From Octopus vulgaris (lineage: Eukaryota), in the NCBI GenBank assembly GCA_951406725.2, contig OX597817.1, forward strand, positions 27,280,001 to 27,344,000: a stretch of 64,000 nt of DNA. Direction: 5' to 3'. Positions 52,701 through 64,000 of the stretch are shown here, piece after piece. The notes beneath the pieces are model-generated. The model was not told where the DNA came from, searched no databases, and was given only the letters and a program-made list of their open reading frames with translations. Numbering within the stretch: position 1 is the stretch's first letter; the number at the start of each line of letters is the position of its first letter. Made by a program: the position numbers and the translations under genes.

Positions 52701-54458
52701 TGGTTTTCCTGCTGTAGTCAGCTCATAAAATATCCACTTCCATACACCTTTCACTAAGACTTTCATCCTGTGAGAAAATGACTGGAAACAGTGAACTAAG
52801 CACTATACCAAGTCCTATTTTTTTACAGAATGCTAGTCTTTTGAAATCCTGTACCTTACATTTTCCTGAGGTCGTTGACTTACAAGTATTGATGAAAGAT
52901 GTTAAACACAACACTCTTATTGGTCTCAGAATGTGTGCATAGACCATAGTAGTAACGACTTCCTCGAGATCGAATCAAATATTACATAAGTCGTATAAAC
53001 AAGAAATCATATATCAACAACATATTTACTATCTATATGACAGATAGTGATATCTGAGACAGAGGACCGTGTGTCAAAGCAAATGTTTCACAGTATTTAA
53101 TTATAAACAGTTTCATTTCCATTTAAATTCAGTGTTGTCAATCTTAACTCTCATCATTTCTTTATCTCTGGTCGGTAAAATAAGTGTACTAGCAGTATTC
53201 TGAGTTTCTCGGAATGAACTGCACTCAATACTCAGAAAATTTTACCTTCTCAATTATATACAAAATCAATATTTCCATGAAAAAAGATTAAAGGATTTGT
53301 ATGACAGTAGAAAATGTTATTAAGGAAATCCATAAAATATAGTACTTTCAGCAATAGTCAAACATATTTAGATGTTTATTCACCTCTCTATTTTCAAAGC
53401 CAACTCATAGATGTGTTATAATCTGATACACAATTATTTATATAGATTTTATATCTGAAAATTCAGTTTGTTCGATTGAATCTAACCTACAAATTCCGTT
53501 TACTCTTCAAGTAACCTCCTCTTTGAACTGTCTTCACTCCTAAATTTACACGTTATAAGCAGAAACAAGAATAGACAAATATAATATATTCATAAATGAA
53601 TTGATAGGTTTTAGATGATTGAAGATTGATAACTAAATTTAATTCTACACAGAAATACTATTTTATTCGTTTAGCTATTTATTATTCTATGTGTTTAAAT
53701 AGAAATCTCTTCCAAATTATCGTCTCAGAGGTCTAGTAACAAGAAATATATTTTCTAGCAATTGAAATTCGTCCGCAGATATATCCTTGCACATACATGC
53801 GTGCGCACAAACACACACACGCACACGCACACACGCACACACACACGCACACACACACACACACGCACACACATGCACGCACGTAATATTGGTACAAGGC
53901 TAGTAATCTAATGATCCCTTAAAAATGATTTATGGTCTAGAATCACAATTCTAGCGTGCGATTGAAACGGGTGTAAAGTTAAAAGACAGATGAAAAACTG
54001 TAGTTTAGATTTTAGAGATAGATAGATTATGAGAGGGGGAAAGGAGAGGACAGATGCGAAGTTTACTAAAAAGCAAGTAAAATTCTAAGTAAAACAAAAA
54101 CTCCTGAATGTCCATGTACTTTTCGTTGCAAGTATGCAGAAAAGTCCAAGCGGTTACAAGGACACATTCCATTTGCGCTTATTATGCATACATTAGTACA
54201 AACACATGAATATATAAATATATGCAAAACATTGAATGCAATCTGTGTATCGGAACCTATTGAGGATCTCTGGGACGGATTAAGGTGCTAAATATGTTGC
54301 AGTATACAGAATTTATTAAGTCATAATTTGCGCACCATTTTCAGCTGGGGAATTTTGTAATATAAAGTGCATCGAGCTACGTGATTCAACAATTCATGCG
54401 AATGTCTGTGTTTATGAGACTATTAAGCCTTGAAACATTTAGCATAGATGGCTGTTTG

Positions 54459-54792
<334 letters not shown>

Positions 54793-56813
54793 CGAAAACA
54801 ATGATAATTGTATTTGATAACATAGAGATGATTCATGTGCAACTATGTGCTCATAAACTGCTAACTGATTTTGAGCAATAGAAAGTTCCAGCGAACTGAC
54901 ATGTATCATAAAGCAACTATCGCCTAGGTGAAGGGAGATTCCCACATGAATTTGAGAGGACTGGCATAACTGTCGCGTTAAGACGCTTCAAAAGCGCGTC
55001 GTGTTGTGTGATAAGTATATGCATGCATTATCAACGAGTTTTGTTTCTTTAATATGAATGCTTGTTACGTGATAGGATTACCATAAAACGTGGTCGCTAC
55101 GTTGAAATTTATGAATTTCTCACACACACGAAATATAAATGCTTTGTTCTCGACAGTTTGCGGTAGTGGAAAGGACTATTGACCTAAATAGATATATTTC
55201 CAGGACAATTTAGGATAATATACTTATCTTTTAAGAAAGAAAGAAAGAAAGAAAATGAATTGAAATTAAAGAAATAAAGCATATATGACCGGTGTGAATA
55301 AATGTTGCATACACCTGAAAAGGATTTTGAATTTGCAGAGCTTGTACATTATGATATTGCATTCTAAATGCAATTACATATACATCCCATTAATTCCCAT
55401 TAATTCTGGTTTTTCTCCCCGAATGAATTTGACATTTATAAGCAGTGATGAGTCCTGCTTATAATGTTACCGAATAGCCATTGCAAAATGTGATGGCGGA
55501 AGAAAAACAAGACTGGTTTACATTTCGAACAATCAGGAAGATGGAAGAACGCTACTAAATTTAATAGAACTTTGTTAAGTGTCGAATAGAAGAAACAATT
55601 TTGTTTTTTTACAAAATTTATATTCTTATTCGTGAATGAGCCGATTGAATTTCTGGCTGAAACAAACCTCTAACAGTTACTTTTCAATTAGTTTAACATC
55701 TTTCCTCGTGGTTCTTTTCTCGTTTTCTTTTGTTTTTTTTTTGTCTTTTTTTTATTTGCTTACTAGGTAGTAGGAAGTTAGCTGTACTTTGTGTAAAACT
55801 CAATAACGCCAATAACGAAATAAGAACGCAAAACATTTCACCAGGGATCCGTCATTCGATCCATTCAAAGGCAATTAATAAGAAAATCAAGCGACAGATA
55901 AATGACAAAAGGATAAGGATACTCATTTTTTAAATTGAGGAAATATCGAAAGTAGATAGGGGAGAAAAATCAATACCGATAATCGAAATAATTACAAATA
56001 CGAAGGATACAAAGAGAATCAAAGCTGAAGTTACAAGTACGTGTGACCACAATCGTACAAGACATATATCTTTTGCTGGGGTAGAATTACGGTTTTGTTA
56101 ATTGAATCCCTCCTAATATTTTATTAGAGGTGTTTCATTAATCAAACGCAAAGTAGATCTGCGGAAATTGAACCCAGATTAACTGAACGCAGAGCAATAT
56201 TTTGCAAGGCGTTAAGCAAAAGCTTTGGGAAAAGATTCGAATCACCTGCAAAAGACACTTGACTGAGTAATATTAGTACTAATCGAAGGTCCTTATTTGT
56301 CGCACGCAGTCTTCAGATATATGAAAGCATTTTCTACAACTCTAACTTTTAAACTCGATAAGAAAATTATAGAAATAGCACTAATAAAAGTCTTTCCAAC
56401 CATGGTCGTCTCATCCTATGTTCAGACACTGTTTCATGAATTACAATTTGGCCTTTGTTTTTTTGTTATATTGTAAGGGGTGATTAAAAGTAGAGTTGGT
56501 TGCTATTGCAAGAAACGCGAGCAAACCACTTAGAGGCTTTTGTTCATTGCATTTGGGCCTTAATACTTATTTTTCGAATTGACCAACGTGCTAATAGTTT
56601 TTAGTCACGTTATCATTTTAATAATTCATTCTTTTAATACATTCTATAAATTTTCTATCCTGACACTCTAAGCAGTTGTTTCTTACAAGATGGAGGAAGT
56701 TAGGATAGTTTAAGAAGAACTGTAACGTTTCGTATTGAGGCCATCTTCATAGAAACATTTTTGTTCGAAACATAAACTCATTCTGTTTTGTGATCATTAT
56801 TAAATTGAATTTC

Positions 56814-56870
<57 letters not shown>

Positions 56871-56873
<3 letters not shown>

Positions 56874-57012
56874 TCGAAAAATACCTTAGGAATGAGAACC
56901 CAGGTTCGAAATCTCCCCAAGACACCTGATGAAGGCTGGAGGGTATATCAGCCGAAACATGTTAACAACAAACACGATGAGGACAAATATCCGTCAACTG
57001 TAAATAATGTAA
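56871..57012 (+). mobile_element. Penelope-type terminal fragment after (AAT)n, with degenerate hammerhead core
   Basis: CTGATGA-A-GGCTG-(10 nt)-CAGCC-GAAAC at 56926-56958. Confidence 0.55.
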
Positions 57013-57163
57013 TCGACACCAGTTCTTTCGTTTTGATGCCTGATACTTTTTGATTGTACCCTTTTACCGTACCACTAAATTACGTGAATGTAACACACCA
57101 ATACCACTTACCAAGCGTTGATGGGGTACAAAAAAAGACACTAAACCACAATAGATATATATT

Positions 57164-57789
57164 GGAATGCCTTCTCACAAACTGACATTGAAGAAAGGAG
57201 TTCCTATCATGCTTTTGAGAAATCCAGATTCCCCAAAGATGTGCAATGGAACAAACTGATTGTCAGGCAAATGCACCCACATCTTTTAGAAGCAACGATC
57301 CTCACTGGACAAGGGCAGGGAGAAATGTGTTTATTTCAAGAATTCCACTGATTCCAGCAGACGTGCCCTTTGAATTCAAGAGACTTCAAGTTCCAGGAAG
57401 AGTTAGTTTTGCAATGTCAACTAACAAAAGTCAAGGACAATCACTGACTTCGTTTCATGCAGCAGTGGACTTCACCTCATGCAGCAGTGCTTTTGCCTAT
57501 GGTCGGCTACATGTTCGTTGTTCCAGAGTTGGAAGTGGCAATAATTTCTTCATAGTTCCACCAAATGGTAAAATCAAAAATGTTATTTATCTTGCTGCTT
57601 TACAGTGATCTTCAAATGTCACAGTGATACAAAATTCTCCAAACGTGATAACGTGTGATATAAATCTGAAATGGTATAGTACCAATAAATGCATTATTAT
57701 TATTTCTGTCTAGTTTGGGGCCGCAAACCTAATTAGCCCGCCGCAGAAACTACCTGAAAATTCCGCACGGAGTGCAGCTTTTAGACTAG
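57164..57789 (+). mobile_element. 3' end of an autonomous-type Helitron: frameshifted PIF1-like helicase C-terminus (to 57608), hairpin and CTAG
   Basis: GMPSHKLTLKKGVPIMLLRN..CNGT, LEATILTG, RIPLIP..PFEFKRLQ.P..FAMSTNKSQGQSL, YGRLHVRCSRV; GCAC-GGA-GTGC hairpin at 57765-57775; CTAG|T at 57786-57790. Confidence 0.92.
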
Positions 57790-59216
57790 TAGTGAATTAC
57801 ATCTAAATGAAATGAAACCGGTTCGTGTCTACTGAAAATTTGCTTCTCATCAACGGTGCTTGTATCAGAGATTAATCATAAATACATTTGACAGGTGTTC
57901 TAGTTTATATTGGAATTTTTAACAATTTAAAGAATTTTTTTTTTTTGTTGTTGAGCAAATATCGAGATATTTCAACCTTCATCTGCAAACAACTGTATAT
58001 ACAGAACTTATTCACAATTTATTTTTTGATTGAAGCAAATAATAACATAAAAACCCCCCAAAGAAATAACATTAATGTGTTGAATATTCTAACGAGTTTT
58101 TACATTCTAACTATGTTCGCGAAAATTTGCATTCATATCATGACTTTCAGAATTGCAGCTGTCTTCAATTCGATACTATCTCAAATTCAGCCTTTAAGAC
58201 GATTTCGTTTGCTGATGCCATCAATAGCTTTAGGAATCTAGCAGGCGTTCTTTGTTAATGAATAAGGAAAACGTTTCTTCTTGCCAATAATAATTATATT
58301 GACATGATAAACAATAATCTTCTATAAGTTAGTACCAAAGTCAATACCTTTTTATTTTTATTCTTCCATAAATTTAACATTCAGTGTCATTGTTCTACAT
58401 GTTAAGGCATTCTTTTATATATCAATAACAGGGTTTGTTACAAAACTCATGGGTGTTCTTATTCATTTCATTCCAGGTATTTATGAATAAAATCCATTAT
58501 TTGTTGCCAAGACAAAAACAGTTGCTGCTCCTGAATACTTTTTGTACAAATTGTACAAGTTTCTCTTTTGTCTACGTTAATTAAAACTGATATTTTAGTT
58601 TTAAGCATCTAAAGAGAATTTTTCTTTCAGGCTGAAATAAATTTAATTAGTTGTTTTACTCATTTACTGGTTCGAGTCATAAGCTGTTGACATGCTGGAG
58701 CACCACTTCAAAAAAGCTTTCTATCAATAATATCGATCTAAGAACTTTTTGCAGCCTACAACATATTTTTCACGTTGTCGTCTTATCGAATACTCCTTAT
58801 TTCTCATGACTATGTTAAAATTTGGTCCCGATTAATGCGTTTCTATGAGGTGACAGATGGTTGGGAGTACGCTGTTTCTTGTAGTGAAGTTGCAGTAAAT
58901 CATATTTGAGAGACCTTTCTTTTTACATGTGATTGTTCAAAGGTGCTTAAGATAGCCTCGAGGTAGGCTTCATGTGATGCTTATGACTTTCTCCTATAAC
59001 GTAATGCTGTTTAGGAGCTCGAATGTCAATCCACCATTTTAATTCTTATCTGTAATTGAAAATACTATCTCTTTGACTTAAGGCGAGTATATACACGTAT
59101 TTTTTGTCTCTCCCTTTTGCGTATTAGCATTCATTGTACACTTCTTTGTTGTTTATTTTGCTTTGTATTTCTACGTTTTGCAAATACTTCTTTTCGCATG
59201 TCTAACGTCTAGTATT

Positions 59217-61041
59217 TTTTTGTCTATTACTCCTTTGCCTTATATGTTATTCGCGCTATTTGTGTGATTTCGCCTATGATGGTCTTTGCCGTCAGTTTCG
59301 ACGTACGAGGATCCGACAGCCTACACTTTCTGTGTCAGTCATAATGCTTATGTAGAATGTAACATTTGAGTCCCGCCAACGATTTGCAAAGAAGCTTGCA
59401 AGTGTGAGGATTACGAGTCAGTGCAGCTGGTATATTTGCAACCGCTTTTCTACTTTGCCTTGCACACTTAAGCCTGTTAAATCTTGTTGAAGCAAAGTCT
59501 CTTATACCATTCTGACACGACGGCTTTCATTTTGTTCTCTCCAAAGATGTTTACTTAAATGTGTTGTGAGTTGTATTGACCGCTGAGAAATAATTACTCT
59601 TCAGCCTGTCCTTATATTTAATACGCACACACAAACACACACATGCACACGCACTCATATATGTATGTATTTATGAGAAACTACCATAAGCACACATTTA
59701 TATTATTAGTTCTTTCGTACGTTTCACCAGTCAAGTTGCTTGAAACCTAACATTGAATAATCCAAGTGCATTTAGATGCTTAAGCAGAACTTACTGGAGA
59801 AGGAAAAACTGCTGAAAGTTAGGATTTAGTTAGGTAAACAGATAATCACGGTGCTAAGTTTACATGACGAGTGAAGAAATGGTTATGGTCTAAAACTTTC
59901 TGTGATGCTGTTGGTATTCAAGGATTTCATACCTATATTGAATAGAAATTCTGAGACTCTGCCATGGAGAAAAATGTTTTAAGAAGTTTGACTACATTAT
60001 TAGTATCTTCGATAAGACAGAGCAGAGTAACGACAAGTGGTAATTCGAGTTTACCAAGATAGCTGGACAGTCATTGTGTAGAGTTACTAAACAAAGAGGT
60101 GATTAGACGAGCAAGATGGTTGGGATGTGCAGTTTAGAAAGCAACCAAATAATAGCTATGCGTGGTCTGCTAACGATGAGAATAGTAGTTGTGTGATGGA
60201 GTGCAAAGTAAGAGAACAAAATATTTTCCGTAAATATTTTGGCTATATACAGCTGTCTATCTATTTCACATATGGACTATCCCATATAAAAAGGTACAAC
60301 AGTGAATTACGAAACACTTTATTTCCTGGAAAATAGGGCGGTATGTTTTGCATTTATAAGTTTAAGAGTATATGTATTAAAAAGATAGTTTTCAGAGTTC
60401 GGAGAAAATGCATGTAACAGATAAATTAACAGGAATTGGTTAATGATGTCTAGACGGAAGGCAGGATCTAAAAAAGTAAATGTGATTACGTAACATGTTT
60501 TACAGAAAATAAGAGATGAATAACGCTGTGTAGTAAGAACTAATAATATAAATTTGTGCTTATGGTAGTTTCTCATAAATACATACATATATGAGTGCGT
60601 GTGCATGTGTGTGTTTGTGTGTGCGTATTAAATATAAGGACAGGCTGAAGAGCAATTATTTCTCAGCGGTCAATACAACTCACAACACCTTTGAGCAAAC
60701 AGCTTTTGAGAGAACAAAATGAAAACCGTCGTATCAGAATATTATAAGATACTTTGTTTCAACCGGCATTAACAGGCTTACAGGTGCAAGGCAAAGTAGA
60801 AAAGCGGTTGCAAATATACGAGCTGCACTGACTCGTAATCCTCACACTTGCAACATCTGCAAGCTTCTTTGCAAATCGTTGGCGGGACCCAAATGTTACA
60901 TTCTACCTAAGCATTATGACTGACACAGAAACTGTAGGTTGTCGGATCCTCGTCCGTCGAAACTGACGGGAAGGACCATCATAGGCGAAATCACACAAAT
61001 AGCGCGAATAACATATAAGGCAAAGAAGTAATAGACAAAAA
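59217..61041. repeat. Long inverted repeat, arms 59217-59714 and 60535-61041, spacer ~820 bp
   Basis: Arms are reverse complements along their whole length, with scattered mismatches and small indels. Confidence 0.92.
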
Positions 61042-61511
61042 TGTCTGGAGGAATTTGAAGAATATGCTATAATTCTGTATAATTAATCCATATGGAACTT
61101 TTTAAGACTAGTCATATTGGCAGTAAGAGTGGCAGAAGTGCAAAAATATATAGTAAAAATATAAAACCCGAGTGAACTAGTGATATTCTACTCTGACAAG
61201 AGTAATACAAATATTTCATTTGATAGAAAAAATTTTATGTAATGGAAAGATAAGTGAAATGTTTCGGTCCTTTTGTCTGAAAATGATAAAATTTCAACTG
61301 GCATTGAATTGTGAAAAAAACGGAGGTAAGAAGGTGTTGAAGAAGGAGTTTAAAACTGAAAAACAGAACTACTAGGGAAATTTGAAGAATCAAGTCAAGC
61401 AATAAGGGTCATGTTTTTGTTCCTATTTAGCCATAAATAAATCCTGATCGAGAAGACCAATAATCAATCACTCTATCTTTTGTTGCGGGCATAGATTATC
61501 TAGGACTCGAC

Positions 61512-61799
61512 CAGTGGTTCCCAAACTTTTTCAGGATGCCGCCCCCTTGACACCCAGGCAACATTCCTAGCACCCCACCCCGCTCACCACCATGGACATA
61601 GACCCCTTTCTGCAGCAAATTCAAAACAACAGTATTTCACATAAAACTTGGCCTAATTAACCCATTATTTTTGCTTTTGTTTACATGCATCAACCCCTTT
61701 TGGTTACCCCATTATCGCTTCACTTTTTTCAATTTCCCTACCCCTCCGGATCGTTCCACCAACCCAAGGGGGCAGTACCGTACACTTTAGGAACCACTG
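61512..61799. mobile_element. hAT (Charlie-like) MITE
   Basis: TIRs CAGTGGTTCCCAAA / TTTAGGAACCACTG; flanks GACTCGAC / TCCTAGAC (5/8). Confidence 0.75.
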
Positions 61800-63254
61800 T
61801 CCTAGACTTACCCACTGTGTTCTATATCAGATCCAGTATCGGTGACATGCAGGTGATTTGGTTGCACTTCCTTATATAATGAGCTCTCTCATTTATACCC
61901 AATTATTTCAGTCGGCTGATATTAATTTTCCCTATCGCTGCTGTTCTATAAACCTCAGACAAATCTTTATTGAATAAGCCCACGATCAAACGCACGCTAG
62001 TCATAATCATCTGCATTGTTTTGTGTATCTATGACAATATTGTATCATGTGCCTTCTTGTTTGTTTGAGACTGTCGGGTATGATTTGATAGGAATTTGTC
62101 TGCTGCTATTTCTAATAGCTCGAGTGACAAAGTAGAAATTTTTCAGCTAATTGCTATTGGTTTGATTGATTATTAAGGATACTTAATAAAACCCCGTAAC
62201 TATCATGTTGTAGATTGGTCGAGTGAATACATTAATGCAAAAATAATCCAACTTGAGTGTTTTTCTTCCCGTTATAGGCATATTAAATGCTTACCGTTGA
62301 ATAAAATTCTCATAAAATATATTTATAATGTGCATGATTCTACTTATTTGCTTTTTATATCGAGAAAAAAAAGTAGACTCAGAGTTAAAAGTAAAAGGAT
62401 TTACTAAACAGTATCACCTTAAATGGACTGGCTTATTTTAACAATCTCCTGGATAATTTTCCCGACTTTATTTATTTTTCATTAATATAGCAAAGGAACA
62501 GATAACTCGACAGACACTACTTAATCATGCTAAAAGAAATTTCTCGTGAAACGACAGTTTTCTCTGAAATACCTTTATTGAATATATCGCTAACAGAACC
62601 AAAGTAAATAAAATAAAACAAACTAATATGGCCTCTTCTAGAACGTGATTATTGTATTTTACTCTTAATGTTCCACATTAGATTAGTTTTAGAGCGCGTT
62701 TCTCTGAATGTTAGTGTATGCATTATGCTAGTTCTTCTATCAAAGTTAAAACTATTTTGTCGGTTGTAAAGTCATCTCAGACGATTTACTATTATTGTTC
62801 ATCTCGAGACAGTTTATCAAACAAAACCGTATTTTAGCGCTAATCATTTATCTCTCCGCCCCATCTCTCTCTCCCTCTCTCCCTCTCTGTCATTCGCTCT
62901 CTTCTCTCTCGATCTATATTTTTTAATCCGACTTTCTCTGTATATTACTATATCATTCGTTTGCACAAGTCTTACTTCATTTTAATGTCTCTATTTCACC
63001 AGCAATTTATTTTAATCGTCCTTCCTGCCATTCTGTTTCATCCTTGCCTCCTGTCACCCCGTTTAAAGCTAGCGTAACAGCAGCCAATGATTTTCTCTCT
63101 TGCCACATTATCTTCTTTACTTTTTCTACTCTCTTCTTTTCTTCTCCATCCACAGCATTACATACTTGTATGTAAATGTATATGAGAGTGTAAGTACTCA
63201 CACACACACTCGCACACGCACATACACGCACACATCTATAAGTGTCTGAGAGTG

Positions 63255-63685
<431 letters not shown>

Positions 63686-64000
63686 TCTGAATCGAAGACA
63701 TTCGGTCATTTATCGACTCATTTAGTAGCCAAACGGAATGTTTTAGATCACGCAGCAAAGCTTCAAAACCGAATAGCTTGTTTACATATTAATGAGAATT
63801 TGCCATGATTCTGTCGTTCTTTAGAGATATAACTGGTAAACGGCTGAAGAAAATACACATGAAGTCATTAGAATTATGTGACGACTTTATAATTTCAGTC
63901 TTATGGTAAATTTGTTTTATGGCACACAAGGGAAATGTAAAGGTCGCCAAACTTCATTAAACGCTACACGATGTTTTTCTCCCGCAAAACATATGAACGA

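Noticed and set aside
57246-57608. Host PIF1 helicase gene
   Set aside because: Frameshifted, intronless fragment followed by a Helitron hairpin and CTAG

Overview
AT-rich, repeat-dense animal genomic DNA. The repeat landscape points to a coleoid cephalopod, probably Octopus; this is inferred from recall of the repeat families, not from a search. I can support no intact host protein-coding gene, and the ORF track is almost entirely microsatellite and SINE artefact. The window holds about 30 copies of three tRNA-headed SINE families (called A, B, C here) and six non-autonomous Helitrons plus a Helitron helicase remnant. It also holds decayed Tc1/mariner, hAT, pogo-like and Sola-like DNA transposons, Penelope-type RT and RLE-LINE remnants, and many microsatellites. 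The main finding is a non-coding, (TA)n-embedded element at 42081-43136: a 483-bp tandem unit with a complete type I hammerhead ribozyme motif in each copy, plus an inverted 5' segment (mini-Penelope/retrozyme-like). Other notable items are several more microsatellite-embedded elements with hammerhead-like cores, a ~500-bp inverted repeat at 59.2-61.0 kb, and two local sequence-capture events. All alignments, translations and foldings were done by eye, so boundaries may be off by a few bases.
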